A stretch of DNA of 64,000 nucleotides from Anthoceros angustus (taxonomy: Eukaryota > Plantae > Anthocerotophyta): assembly GCA_010909165.1 (NCBI GenBank), contig MU008155.1, forward strand, positions 2,108,001 to 2,172,000, in the 5' to 3' direction. A program made the translations under genes and the position numbers. Shown in pieces: positions 13,776-26,950 of this stretch (the stretch's first letter is position 1; each line of letters starts with the position of its first letter). The notes beneath the pieces were generated by a model, which saw nothing but the letters and a program-made list of their open reading frames with translations, had not been told where the DNA came from and searched no databases.

Positions 13776-16700
13776 TGTGGCGGGACTTTTGCGATGGCGG
13801 TAGCGCACAATCCGTGTCGTTGTAGGAAGAAGTCCGTTCCCAAGGGAATGATAGGCCCGTTTACGCGTTTGGTGATTCTTACCGTCCTTAGCGCTCGTTC
13901 GGTCTCAACACACACATACTCCTAACTACTCTGGCGTTCCGTCTGACGGTATGGCCAAGCGTTTAGACCCGTTCGTATCGTTCACTATCCATCCCATCAG
14001 TCCTTTCCTCTCCTCTCACGCTACACTCTTGATCTTAGAAAAACGCGATTCTGTGATCCGGACCTCCTCGTCGTTCGCGGGCCTCTCGTCCGGGCTCTAC
14101 ACCCTCCGGAGTTCCTCCGGCTCAGCGTTCGGTCGTTGTTCGGTGTCGGACGCGGCTCGGACGCGGTCACGATCACCCTTCCGCACACACCACAAAGTAG
14201 TCACGGGACCTTGATCAATCTCCCGGGTGTCGCTGTGACTCGGGACTCACGTTAGCAAGAAGACTCACAAAGGTGCGCAAGCGGCATCAACACCAAGAAA
14301 GATGCTTTACTAGGCGACCTCGGCCCCTCTTATCTGCGGTGGCGTCTTTATTACACCCCCATTACGGCGATAGCCATTTCGGTATACCTAATCGGCCTAC
14401 CTATCCCCTATCTCCTTCGCCATTGTGGGTGGGAAGGTCTGAGCCCGCCTCGGAATGGGTGGTCAATCCCGTCACAGCGGTTGTGGTGCACCCAATCGGA
14501 TGATCCGTGAGGCCCCTCCTCTCCCGGAATCACAGTCGGGTTGGGCTCTGGATCAGCCGCCGTTACCAAGCGTCATCCTCCCCCTGGCCTCCCTCACAGG
14601 TCCTTGGCGGTGGGGGCCACCTCGGCTCCCCTAAGCGAAGTCGAAGGGGCTCCTCCCTTCTTGCCCTTGGCCGGTCCTCGAGGTCTGTCTCGACTCCACG
14701 AACTTGAGTCCTTATTCACAGGTCCGGCTGGGTCACCTTGTCTGGTCCGGACCTCGTCGGTTATTCGGGGTCCGGACTTGGTCCGGACTTATTAGTCCGG
14801 ACTTGAGTCCGGACTTATTGCGGTCGGACTTGTCTCCCTAGTCCGGACAAAGTCCGGACTCCACGGGTTTCCTCCCTCACGGGACTCCTCGTGGCTCTCC
14901 CTCAAGTCCTCCTGTTCCCGATCGCCCGTGACTCCCGTTGGCCCCTCCTTCCATGGTGAGGTGCGGGGTGCTTACCTCGATCGCATCCGCTCCCTCGTTC
15001 TGCTCCTCGGTTGCTCCTCTCCGCGCTCCCGTCATCTCAAGCAGGGGCCACTAGGGTCCCTGTCATCCCGTGGCCTTCATCTCCTTGAGCCTTCCGGTCC
15101 GTCCGTCTGCGGCCGTCGAGAGGCTTCTGCCTTGAGCTCGGTGGTAATAGGCAAAGTCAGATCGACTTGGTGCCTCTTCCACGTGTGCGGGCACCGATAC
15201 TCCCTCCGCCATAAGTGTTAGGGGCGTCTTTTGCTTGTTGGGCCACCTCTCCTGCCCGGTTGTGTGGGCAGGGGTCAGAGGCTACAAGGGCCTCGGTCAC
15301 CTCCTGCATTGCTGTTGCTCACTGCTCGGCTCCGTCGTTTCCTTTCCATTGACTTACCCGCCCGCCAGCGGCGTTCCCTTCCGCCTTTCTCTGGACCGGC
15401 TTCTTTTACCTTCCGGTGCTCGCGCTCCGTTCATTACGGCCTTTACATGACTCCCTCTCCAGGTGATCGGATACCGTCCGCTCGGACTTCCTCCGGCTCT
15501 TCAGCACAGCGTCCAACTCCTTGGATAGTCGCGATTTTCCTCCGTCTTGAGGCCAGAGGCACTACTTTTGCTCGAGTCGTGGATTCTCTCGTTGAGAATC
15601 ACTGCTGCTCAAGCGCATCTTGGGTTGTAGCTCCAGCGTGTCCTTCATCCTCCATCTGCGCCTCTCCTTCTACTCCTGCGGTGTGCTCGGAGATCCTCTA
15701 TCTCCCGAGTCTTGGCCCTTGCCTCATAGCCTGTCCATGCCTTGAGTAGCCTCATTTGCTGTGACTCTCTCCACGGTTCGATCACGTCATGGTGATCCGG
15801 TCGCTCTTTGTGACTTGGGCTCCTTCGGCCTTTCCCGCCTTGGCGCTGCTCTGGCCGCCTCCGAGTCGAGCTCTCTCGCTTGTGCCGGGCCTCTTCCGCC
15901 TCTGCTGCGCTTCCCCTCTTCTGCAAGGTCCTCCGCCCGCTTGGGCCTCTGAGCTTGCTTGTGACGGTGAAGAACTTAACCCGATCTGTGAACCGCGGGC
16001 CTCGCGCTCCACCCGGCGTTTCCTTCCTCGATCCGGGCGAGGGACTCCGCCTTTCCTTTGCCCTCGGCCGCCTTCACTTGCTCTTGGGTTCCACCATCCT
16101 CCTCGGGTGGCCTCCACTTCTGGGTCTTCTCTGTACCACGAGACCCCAAAGCATTCCGTCCATGGCGGTGGCGAGACTTGAGTGTTTCTTCCACGGCCGC
16201 AGTGAGGCCCCACAAAGTCCGTAGTGGGGCCGGCATTTCTCGATCCGAGGACCTCCACCGGATCCGTAAGTCGGTGGGTTCTCGGACCTAATCGGGACCC
16301 TCGGGTCACAGTGGTGAGTCAGTACCCTCTTTGGCCCTCTTGGCCTCTAACTCCTTTGTGCCCTCTTTCTCCAGGGCTCGGAGGAGGTGAGGGGTCGGGA
16401 GCAAGCTCTTTTGCCCCTTCACCGGGGCAGGGCCGGCTCGAGGTGGGGCTGCCGATGACCTCCCTCCTTGGGCCACGTCCCTTTCTGCCCTCCTTACGCC
16501 TCTTGACCTCTTGCCACTCGTGGCGGGGGTAAGAATGCACCAGTCTTTGCGTTGGTAAGCACCGTCTTCCTCTTGGCTCCCGAGTTCGTCGGGGCTCGGC
16601 CGTCGTGGTTGTTCATTGTTACTGCCGGGAGCGCCCTCGGCATCGGCTCCCTCTGCCTGCTCGGAGGGCACCAAAAGGAGGAAGGGAATCTCCTCCCAAA

Positions 16701-18070
16701 CTTCCACAGGTGGTGAGGGGTTCGCTCAGACGTATGGAGTGGAATCCTCGATCGTCCTCCTCCGAGTCGCTTGGTCTTGAAGGCGACCCCCCACCTCAGG
16801 CGCCCTTGCACGCTCTACTTGGCGGGGCCTCCGGCCCTTGGGCGCCCGCTGCTCTCCCTCCTTGAGGAGCTCGAAATGTCCCCATACATGAATCGGGTGG
16901 GTCACCGATGGCGAGGCTTCTCGCTCCTTAGCTTGCGTGCCTCTGGCAAGGCGAAGATAATCCTTCCCGTCGCTCTCTTCCCTGGGCGCATGCGAGAATA
17001 CCAGGTTATCACCAAGGTGATCCACCTTGGTGGCGAGTTCAATGGACAATGATCGGGCTACCGCCCTTACTCGGTCGGCGGATCGGATATCAACCATCCG
17101 TTGGTTGTCATTGCGTTCGAGCCTCGGCTGCGCGTGGGGCCCTATCTTCCCCGCCTTAAGGGGCTCGGCACCGCCCCTTCTTCCTCCTTGAGTTGTAGGC
17201 CATCCTCGGGACCTCAAGGTCCATCGCCTCGGGTCCTCCGGAGGTTCTTGGATCGGACCTCCTTGTTGATCGCCGCGGCATCTTCGGGCAAACTCCGGAC
17301 TAGGTAACGTTGTCAAAGGTCCGAGACCATTTGGAACACGTCCGGATGCCACTCTGCACCAATTCCCCACTTCCTCCGGCCGGGGCCCGAAGTCCGGATA
17401 GCGCGGGTCACAATGTTGCGCTCCACGGTCCATGGCTCCCAGTTTCGTCGGCTTTTGGGTGCCATTGCCTTCTCCTCCTCTTGTTGCAGCTGGCGGTCCG
17501 GTGACGATGTTCCTCCCCGCGCGTTTTGCTCCAACGAGTGCGCGCTCTAAGCGGCGCCCGAGCGGAGCGGGCGGAGGGCGCAGGATTGTGAGGAGGCTGC
17601 GCGAAATGACCTCCCTCCTTGGCGCGCTTGTGGAAGTAACTGGGCGGGAAGGCCTCTTCGTTGTCCGTGGCGAGTGCGCATGGCTTACTCGACCCTACGC
17701 TTAGCCTGCGGCCTTACGCGCGCGCGCGCGGGCGTGAATACTGCCTGCGGCCTCGCAATTCTGTCTGGCCTGCATGCCCGACCTCCACTCGGGGCCGTCA
17801 CGTGGCGCCCTCGTCATCCTCACGCCTCCGCTCCTGGTTACTTTCCTGGCGTACTTATCCTATTTTGACACTGGGTGGGTTCCGGACTTATCCGTTACTC
17901 GGCGTAGTCCGGAGCTTGCCATAGTGGTGCGGGGTCCGTTGTTCACTCAGTCGGAGTATACTCCGGGCCTCGTCGGCGCTACCCCAATTTATTCCTCCTT
18001 CCTTTATTTGTCCTTGATCCTAAAAAAAAAAAACCCTACTTGTTCCTAACTGTCCCGAGTGCATAGCCTG
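13776..18070 (-). repeat. 5' LTR of element A (~4295 bp)
   Basis: Begins tgtggcggg on plus. Ends gcatagcctg before the AGTAT TSD, so the terminal CA is imperfect. Differs from the 3' LTR mostly by small indels. Confidence 0.9.
14870..17680 (-). pseudogene. LTR-embedded accessory ORF, family A 5' LTR copy (ends approximate)
   Basis: ORF 16726..17433 reads NWCRVASGRVPNG...EDPRRWTL...ELATKVDHLGDNLVFSHA...PIHVWGHFE. Other fragments match the 3' LTR copy. Confidence 0.7.
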
Positions 18071-18489
18071 AGTATGTAACCCTCGACCTTCTGATGCACT
18101 AAACCGTCTGCTCGTCGAGAATTTGGGACACATGAATGAGTTATGCTAATGGGCGCCAATATGCTACTGCACCCTATGCTCTTATGGAGATAGCTTCTAA
18201 CAATTAGAACAAAGTTCCACTTGGTATGACGTTCTTGCATGTCGCTTCATCTCATTTGAAAACGATTTGGACATAAAAGTTCCTCCACTCTAATATTAGA
18301 TTGCTTGGCCCTTACAGCGGAAATTAACTTTGAAGTGCCATGTTTAATGTGAATTAGTGATGGACAAAAAACTACAGCGGTAACTTTCGAGCCAAGGCGT
18401 TGGTGTCCTTGCCAGATAGAATATTATCGTGTTCAACTTGGAAAGGAGAAGGTAGGGATGTCGATGAATTCACTTTTATTACTTTTAAC

Positions 18490-19330
18490 TTCCAGGCATC
18501 ACCAACATGAGTGCCTCAAGAGCCAGTATGGACATGAGGCATTCTCTACTAGCAACACTGTGAGAGCCTCGAGATTGGTACATTTGTCTCCTTCTTGACC
18601 TGATTTACTGCCTTCCATGCAGTGGCCCACTCCGTTGGCACCGTCCGGGGCTTTCGGAGTGCAGTGGCTGCTCGTTATGCCCTTGAATGCGCAGTAACAC
18701 CTTTCCACCTAGCATTGCTACGTTTCCTCACTTGAACGAGAATGTTCTGCTCTGTCAGCCGGTCAAGCCCTTGAGTCTGACTACACTTTTCCATTTGCTC
18801 TGGACCAGTGTACCATTTTCAATTCCTCTCACCACCTTCTTGCCACTTGTCCTCGGTCTAGTAGGCTCTTTATTATTGATTCTGCTCTTCCTCCCTATCT
18901 TGCGCTTGTCGTTTGGGTGAGTGGCCAGGGGGTTGCCCTCGCTGGATCCTCTGGAGTACCACCCTCGATAAGGGCCTAGTCCACACTACAGGTGAAGGCG
19001 ATATACTACCGAGGGTTCTTGAGGATAGATCGCCTTCCTCCGTTGCTCCTCTTGCTTTCACAGTGAAACACGATAATTTTTGGGGGGATATCACGGCCCC
19101 CTTCGGTCATAAAGCACCCCTTGTCACGCAGACACCTTACCTAGCAGCGTATATGTGCCCTCACTTTGATAATGGCACACACACACCTTTAAAGGGTCAT
19201 ACCCGTTATGATAAAAGGCAGCACATTCAAGTAGAACACCCCCTAGAAGCTGGAGCCACGGTGAGGAGTGTGGAGCCCGTCCTAGCAGCTTTTGTAGAAT
19301 GTTTGAGGCTGCCATTTTATATAATGTTTA
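18490..19330 (-). pseudogene. Possible degraded retroelement gag remnant
   Basis: Zn-knuckle-like CYCAFKGITSSHC near 18660-18700 and charged low-complexity segments. Otherwise heavily decayed. Confidence 0.3.
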
Positions 19331-19879
19331 TTGGCAGAAACTTTACTTTGATGGTGGAACAGTAAAAACAATCACTGTCTTTAGAGAGTCTACGTTTTAG
19401 TAATCGTAAAGTAAGAACATTGCAGCAAACATACGCTAAAGGAGGGGAGTGGTCATCGGCATATAAATCAGCCTCCAGTTATGGATTCTCCTCCATTGCT
19501 TGCTTTCGTCTTCAATAGTATCATTCCTAGGCCCACCATCGGCGGTAATTGTGGTACACTTACCGCGACAATCTAAGTTTGCTTTGACCCTCATCCAAAA
19601 GATAGCGATCGTAGTCTTCAACAGAAGCACTCAATGCGACCCACTTGGGCTTTAAAGGCAATGCAGTACGTCCTTCAAAATGAACAAAGTTAGTTGCCCA
19701 TGTATGCAAGCATCACTTAAAATCAACAAAGTTGAGTTATTGAAAGAAAAGATATATAATAGTTTGAACCCGACACATATTCTAGGGTTAGTCAAACTTT
19801 TTTCCAAACACTAGACCAACAGAGTCCCTAAGTTACAAGACTCATTGATCCACTACATATTCATTTTTGTTAAAAGGCT

Positions 19880-20440
19880 GCTATGAGGAGGCGTGGCGCA
19901 TGCAGCGGTGTGCTAGGGGCGCGGCCGGCAGCACCATGGGTGGGGTGTGCTGGGGAGGCGGCCGGCCCGCGCCATAGGCAAGCGGCGTGTTGGTGGGGGA
20001 GCGTAGGAGGCGGGCGTCTTTGGGGGCGCCGTGGCCCGGCGCCTGTAAACCGGAATGTGTGCTAGGGGAGGCGCCGGCGAGAGCAGGCGCGCACATGAGC
20101 CAAATGTGCTAGGGAGGGCCGTGGCCCTGGCGCCCTTAAGCGAGGTGTCCTGCGAGGCCTTCGGCCCGGCCGGTACTTATAAGCGAGGCGTGTTAGAGGC
20201 GGCCGTACAGCTGAACCATAAGCGAGGTAATACTTTGTAGGCAGCCGGCCCGTGGCCTGCAGAAACTCCATGGCTTTGGGGGAGAACCGTAGAGGCGGCC
20301 TCCCTAGCTCCACACCATGATCTGACCTTTGCAAGCCAATTAGTGCTAGGGGAGGCAGTAGGCAGGCGCCGCCTCATCCTTGCTTAGAATGCCGATGGGT
20401 GGCGTGTGGAGGGCGGCCGTGCCGGCGTCCTCCTGCTGGG
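19880..20440. repeat. GC-rich array of degenerate GTGCTAGGGGAGGCGGCC motifs (left part)
   Basis: About 7 variants visible. A related motif array resumes at 25590-25930, after the inserted LTR C. Confidence 0.6.
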
Positions 20441-20950
20441 CTTGTAAATAAATTGGGCAAATGGAGTGGTCTTCGCCTAGTGTGGAATGGGTTTTGCATC
20501 CGAAGGCAAAGAGGCCACATTGCCCTATGCCCATCTTGGTTATAGTCCTGAGATTGATCGAGTGGAATGGTTTTTGTATCGAGGTGTTACAGATACATGG
20601 ATTCTGGGACTCACCCCTGGGCTCGCTCACTACCATCCAGCCTTACTCGACTACCTACAAACCCACCACCGCGGGTAGATCTTCGCCACCGCAGCGGGTG
20701 GGTATCGAACCATGGCGGGTCCCACCTGCTACCGTCATACCTATTTGTCACCGGCCTGGGCGCAGACCTTGGGGGCTATGGACATACAAACACCCATATA
20801 CACCTCACTTCACTCAGGAATTTCCGCGATCCCACCGCACACTTCCACTCCCCTACGATTTCGATCTTCCCCACACGCACTCACAATCCCTCACAAGACT
20901 CATCTAATTCTCGGGGACCTTTCCCTTCCTAATGAACTCTCCTCCCTCAC

Positions 20951-21112
20951 GCCACAGACCCCTCCTTGGGCCACACAGACCCTACCACATGCACTCTCCC
21001 TCGCCACAGATCTCCTTGGGCCACACAGACCTCCTTGGGCCACACACCCTCCTTGGGCCACATGACCCTCCTTGGGCCACACAGACCCCTCCTTGGGCCA
21101 CACAGACCCCTC
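20951..21112. repeat. Tandem repeat, ~18-22 bp unit CTCCTTGGGCCACACAGACC, 6 copies
   Basis: Core ctccttgggccaca at ~20962, 21012, 21031, 21049, 21068 and 21089. Confidence 0.9.
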
Positions 21113-21391
21113 TCATGGAATAAAGTGGCGCTGGGAAAGAGGATCAGAAAGAAAACCCCGGCCACGCTAGCCTTCCGCCTCAGCCTTCCGCTGCAATTCC
21201 TACCTCTTTTCCGCCACCACCTTCCACACCCTGTGCGTGGAGCTTGGCCACTCCGCCTCGACCATCCAGTGGATCTTCCGGCCTTCTTGTGACGAGAAGG
21301 CGGCATCGAACGAGTTTGATGTCGATCGACGCTCCAACCAACCTCGCATAGCTTCAACACACGGAAGTTCACACCGAAATTGTCTTAGAGA

Positions 21392-24071
21392 GACTCTCAA
21401 GGGTCTCTTATACATTCACCGTGGATTTCCACACCACTCCTACCAGGTGTCTAGAAAATATGGCCCACTACCACGAGCGCTCCTACCAATTGTGAACTAC
21501 TCGGGTCCTCAAAACATCCTATCCCCTACCCCAAAAAGAAGCCTCCGCCTATGATGTCGCCCCTAAAATCACACCCATGTTGCTAGCCGCTCAGGGGGTT
21601 CCTGCGCCTCGCCTCCCGCCCGATCCGAGCGATTCTCCCCAAAACCTCCACCTCGCCACGCGCAGCTTCGTCTTCCATGGGCGCTGCCTATAGGCCCTTT
21701 ATTCCGCCTCATCGCCGACAGCCACACTGTGCTCCTCCCTCCACGCCTCGCCGCTCATTTCCTCGATCACCACTTGGGGGGTAGGCCCCTGCTCGGAAGA
21801 ACCATCGTAAACGCCTGCGTGGCGGTCAAGATGTGCGCCCAATAGTTTCGCCTCCGTCCCAACAACCACATACACATTTAGAGTGAGCACCGCTCACCAT
21901 GCGTGCGCTGAGGACATGAGCATCCTCATCCAGACGTAGCACAATACGCCTTCGACAGAGGTTCTTACCTCTCCTCCGTGGACAATCCCGAGCCGGCCGC
22001 CTGGAATCCAGTGGGATCGATCCCCACTGCAGCCCTGCCGTGACTTCCCCACCTCGGTTCCTCCTTCCGCGACGGTGGTTTTTAGCCACCGTGGTGGTAG
22101 TTTCCACCTGGTGGCTTGCCATCGGGTTGCCGTGGCTTTCTCTTCTGGCCACCTCTCTCTTGACTCGGCCCTAGCTTCATCTCTCTCTCGCTTATATCTC
22201 TCCGCCACTTCTTGAATTTCTCAGAGGCGCCATTGTTTCCATTTGTTCCCGGCTCAGACCTCATCTTGAAGCTCCTCGATTGTGGCATGCGCCCTTGACC
22301 TCGATTCACTAAGGCCTGCTGGGTGGACATGGCCTTAGCCGCTCCTGCCTTGCATAGGGCCGCCTCATTCTGCCTCAAGGCCCTCGCCACCTTGTTCTCG
22401 CCTGTGCTCCAACTTCCTTGAGCAACTTTTCCGCTCTGCACACTCGCCTGTGTGAGAGCCATCACTGGTCGAGGAGATCCTGCCGTCGAGCCATGGCCAA
22501 GTCAAGGCCTCGCAGATTCTCGAATTGGGCTGCCCCTCGTGCCCATTCCTTCCACAACACCTCGCAGACGCGAGCGTGTCACTGCTCCACTTCACCGGAC
22601 GGGTGTGAAATGTCGCCAAAATGTTCGAGCTGTCATGACTTGGCTATCGAAACTAACCTCTTCTTCTAGGGGTTGGTTTGCCACAACTTCCTCATCCGCC
22701 CAATCTCCTAGCGGCGACTCGCAAGGGTCTCTTATACATTCATTTGGATTTCCACTCACTCCTACCGGTGTCTAGAAAATATGGCCCACTACCACGGCGC
22801 TCCTACCAATTCGGAAACTCTGACTCCACGGGTCCTCAAAACATCCTATCCCCTACCCCAAAAAGCCTCGGCCTATGATGTCGCTCCCCTAAAATCAGTA
22901 GCGTCATGATTCTTTGCCTAATACTGCGAGGTGGGGTTCCGTCGCTCTCGCTCTCACCGCCTCGATCGGCGATTCTCCCCAAAACCTCCACCTCGGCCTT
23001 CCTGCGGTTTCTTGGCGTCTTCCATGGGCGTCGTCGTCTATAGGCCCTATGCATTATTCCGCTCCTCATCATTTGGCCACACCTGTGCTCCTCCTCCGCC
23101 GGCCTCAGCAGCTCAGCTCATTTCCTCGATCACCACTTGGGGGGTAGGCCCCGCTCCCGTTCGGAAGAACCAGTAGCCGTGGCGGTCAAGATGTGACCAA
23201 TAGTTTACGCCCCTCTGTCCCAACAACCACATACACATTTAGAGTGAGCACGCTCACCATGCGGCGAAGCCGGGGACATGAGCATCCTCATCCAGGCCGT
23301 AGCACTGTCGCTCTTCTTTCTGAGGTTCTTACCCTCTCCTCCGTGGACAATCACAGGTGCCTTGAATCCGGGATCGTATCCCCAGGCGCTCATCGGTGAC
23401 TTCCCCACCTCGGTTCCTCCTTCATGCGGTGGCGGTTTAGCCACCGTGGTGGTAGTTTCCCCAGTGGTGGCTTGACTCTGCGGTTCTTTGTGGCTGCCCT
23501 TCTTGGTTTGGCCACCTCTCTCTTGACTCGGCCCTAGCTTCATCTCTCTCGCTTATATCTCTCATGACTTCTTGAATTTCTCGGGCGCCATTGTTTCCAT
23601 TTGTTCACAGGCTCATGAGACCTCATCTTGAAGCTCCTCGATTGTGGCATCGCCCCTTGACTGATTCACTAAGGCCTCTGTTGGGTGGACATGGCCTTGC
23701 TCACATGCCTTGCATAGGGCCGCATTCCGTCTGCGCTCCTCACCACCTTGTTCTCGCCTTCCGGGCTCTCCAACTTCTCCTTGAGCAACTTTTCTGTTGG
23801 CCACACTCGGCCGGTGAGAGCCATGGGCTGGTCGAGGAGATCGCTGCGTCGAGCCATGGCGAAGTCGGGCACTGATTCAGTGCCCGTGCCCATTCCCTTC
23901 CACAACAATTCTACTTGTGTCCTGTCTCCACTTGAGGTAGGACGGGTCGGTGAAATGTCGCCAAAATGTTCGGAGCTCCGTCGCGGACTTGGCTATCGAA
24001 ACTAACCCCTCTTCTTCTAGGGGTTGGTTTGCCACAACTTCCTCATCCGCCCCAATCTCTCCTAGCGCTGA
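21392..24071. repeat. ~1.35-kb tandem duplication inside LTR C
   Basis: 21392-22715 is co-linear with 22716-24071 (caagggtctcttatacattca ... ctcatccgcccaatctc). Junction microhomology gactc(g/t)ca. Confidence 0.85.
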
Positions 24072-25030
24072 CTCGCACCGAGAGGGCACAACTTGTCGTT
24101 CCCTTTTATTTTCTCCTCCTTCACTCGCGTTCCTGCTGATTTCGACTGACCCTAGGTGTGGCTGTGGGTTCCTCTTCCGCTGCTTCCCTTCCTTCACGAC
24201 CCCTGCTCACCGCCGCCTCTTGCCCTTGGAAACCTCCCACCTTCATCCGAATCTTCTAGGGGCGCATTCCCAAGCTGGAATCCTTCCGGAATCTTCCTTA
24301 CACTCCTCCTCCTCTACCTTGGGTTCCACCGGTTTCCGGCTATGAAGGGCGTATACGCCAACCCGCTAGACACCCTAATGCGCGAACACATGAATTAGAA
24401 AAGGTGAAATCAAGGAGGGTCGAGGGAAGGGAGAGCAAATTCGCCTCCTCGCTGTGCTCTTCAAAGATCATCCGCCCCAATCGATTTGTGTACCTTTAAC
24501 CACCTCATGAAGAAAGACCGAGTGTGCGCCATATGATCCAACTTCCGATTCGGAAACACAAAATCCACTTGGCTAATCCCACCAGCAGATACACGAGTAC
24601 AGTCACCCATCCATTGTTCACTCTCACTTCTCCGGGCTTCATGAGCGAGCTCACCGCAGCCTCGTGGTCTTTCTCCGGGATCAATTACCAAGCTTCCATC
24701 CTCCGATGTTTCGCCATACATCGCCTCGAAAGAGTCCCAAATCCAGTTTTTGGCCTCTTCCTCGCGTCTCCCTCTTGCAACTTGGTTCTCAATTGCGGGC
24801 GCACTCTTGCACCAATGCCGAAATGTCAGAACACCATTTCTTCTCCATAAATTCCAGATCAGCCCCGCACTGCCTCACCTTCCAAAGGTCCATGTTGGGC
24901 CTTGCATGAGTAAATTTCGGCGACTCGGGCGCCATCTCCCTTTCTCCTTGTTTCTTGGAAAAGAACCCAACCTCCGCAGCTGGTCGAAAAGGACACCACC
25001 CTCGCGTCTCCTCCACTGCCATACCGCCTT
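21550..25030 (-). pseudogene. LTR-embedded accessory ORF, family C copy (frameshifted, C-terminal part duplicated; ends approximate)
   Basis: 24375-24560 minus reads, across frames, FVFPNRKLDHMAH/VFLHEVVKGTQIDWG/RMIFEEHSEEANLL/PSLISPFLIHVFAH. Coiled-coil segments follow (EKLLKEKLES, ERYKRERDEARAE). Confidence 0.65.
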
Positions 25031-25589
25031 GCCTCGGCTCTTTTCCTCCTACTACCTTCCTTCCTCACCGCCAGCGTCACCGTGACCGACGCTGCCCCAA
25101 CCCGTGACAAATAAACAGAGACTCCGCCAGCGCTTGCATGCGCGCCAGCTTGTGCAGCCCGCCTCCGACGCCCGGCCTCGAAATTACCATGGGCCGGGTG
25201 TGTCCGCCTCTCGCCAGCCCGACCGTCCTGCCCCGCCACTAGGGGTTGTAAACTCCCACAGTGCATGCGTCCGTTCTTGACCACCGTGGTGGGCGGCTAC
25301 CTCCCGCTTGATCACAAGAATCGGGTGTAGGCACCCCTAACATATATAGACACTTTCTTATTTCTAAAATCACCAAAACCTAAGGACTCTATCTCAGACC
25401 TACCTATCCGGAATTGAAAAACCTAAGGTTCAAAAAAGAAAATTATTATCCCAAGGGCCAAGGACCATTCTCGTATAAAAGACCTTACCAGGCGATTCTC
25501 AAAGCACTTTGCTATACAAACACTCCCAAAACAAAAAAATCGTCATCCCGACACTTGAGAGGGTTGAGTATATGTGGTCTTCACCTATG

Positions 25590-25930
25590 AGCGGCGTAGC
25601 CCTTTCCCTCACCTGCACACCGTCGGTGGGCCTACGTATGGGTGGTGCGGGGAGGCGGCCCGGCCTCGCCTCACCCGCCGGGCATTTGGTGGTGCGGGGA
25701 GGCGGCCCGGCCGGCGCCATCCCCTTTCAAGCGCATCAAAACCCCGACGGGTGGTGCGCGGATAGGGAGTGGCCGGCGGCACCCTCCCTCCGCCTTGACC
25801 GTGGGGCGGGTGGTGGTGCGGGGAGGCGGCCCGGCCGGCGCCCTCCCTCCGACCTTATGCCGTGACGGGTGGTGCGTGGAGGCTTGCGCGCCCTCCCTCC
25901 GCGTGCCCATTGTGGCCCTCCCTTCCACGC
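25590..25930. repeat. GC-rich array of GGTGCGGGGAGGCGGCCCGGCC motifs (right part)
   Basis: Near-identical copies at ~25644, 25690 and 25815, plus degenerate ones. Confidence 0.65.
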
Positions 25931-26609
25931 ACACGTGGCGCTTCCATCGAAAATTGGTAGGCTAGCCTTAGAAGCAACCTTGGAATGAAGGCTAACCTTA
26001 GAAGCAAATCTTTCGAAATCGAGCCGACATTTGGTCGGTCAGTGTGTAATTGTACCCTCCGGAAACATGTGTCGATTGGACAAAAGCGATAAGGGATAAG
26101 CTGCGAGTTGCGTGGCTTAATACAACTGCGAGTCAAAGTCACGAGATAATAATGATGACAATGGAGGAAAAGGACCAAGTGATGACGAAGGATTGAACTA
26201 CGGGGATGAGTGGCGAAATCTCGTTTTCCGGGTCCCAGTTAATGTTATGAAATACGGTTGCTTGAATTCTGTGTTAGGAAATACCACATCGTGGCTTTTG
26301 TTATGTCATAACAAAACCACATTTTCCTCAAAGCGAGTTCTGATCCCTTCCGGAGCTTCTCACGTTCCTACTTTGCATTATTCCGTAGGTTCGAGTTTGT
26401 GACCACCATTCGACAGCTACATTGGATGGAAAGTAGTAACTTTATTGGGTGACACCCTTTTTTTCGGAGCTGTTTTTTGCAATGCCTTCAAAACGCTGTT
26501 TTAGGGCCCATCAAAAACCCCCTTCAGAGATTATTTGCGGAAAACCCCCTTCGAGATTATTCACCCCCTTCAAAAATTATCATGTTGTGAGATAGTCTCG
26601 TCCAACGGC

Positions 26610-26950
26610 CCTGAATTCGCCGTTTGCGTCATGACCAACGTTGACCATGAAGGGGGCATACTCTACAGCAGTTGCACAGAAGCATCGTGGTCGGACACGA
26701 TGGTGCCCACCAACTCGACGAAATCCTTAAGGTTCATGAACTTGTTCACGAACTGCTCAACCAATTCAGTCTCCGATATACGGAGGTTGTAGAACTCCCG
26801 TGTCAAGTAATCCTTATTCACAGCGTTGTCAAAAACGTACTTCTTCTTCAAGACGTCCCAAATCTCCTTGGAGGTTGGCAAATGCCGAACCACGCTCAAC
26901 TGAGCGTCCTTCATATAGAGCATTATATTTGCTCTTAACAGCGTCTGTGT
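26610..26950 (-). pseudogene. Isolated Ty1/copia gag (UBN2-type) fragment
   Basis: RANIMLYMKDAQLSVVRHLPTSKEIWDVLKKKY...FYNLRISETELVEQFVNKFMNL...VQLL*SMPPSW is a typical copia gag pattern. Confidence 0.75.

Larger units (their letters stand above)
4018..18070 (-). mobile_element. Full-length Ty3/gypsy LTR retrotransposon, family A (non-chromovirus, Athila/Phygy-like), with ~4.3-kb LTRs
   Basis: Direct repeats 4018-8303 and 13776-18070 both begin TGTGGCGGGAC. TSD AGTAT at 4013-4017 and 18071-18075. PBS and PPT in the expected minus-strand positions. Internal order gag-PR-RT-RH-IN. Confidence 0.93.
20481..25583 (-). mobile_element. Probable solo LTR of a third giant-LTR Ty3 family (family C)
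   Basis: Starts TGTGG like families A and B, and ends gtggtcttCA. Flanks CCTAG/CCTAT (4/5 TSD match). Interrupts a GC-rich repeat array. Encodes the same accessory-ORF motif. No gag/pol inside. Confidence 0.6.

Noticed and set aside
4199-17924. Many plus-strand ORFs of 60-260 aa in element A
   Set aside because: Antisense shadows of GC-rich minus-strand coding sequence; Ser/Pro/Arg-rich with no motifs.
4018-18070. Dating the insertion from LTR-LTR divergence, or calling the element dead
   Set aside because: Differences are dominated by small indels typical of unpolished long-read consensus, so neither age nor inactivity can be inferred.
20951-21112. CRISPR-like short repeats (also 58619-58886)
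   Set aside because: Head-to-tail repeats without unique spacers, eukaryotic context and no cas genes.
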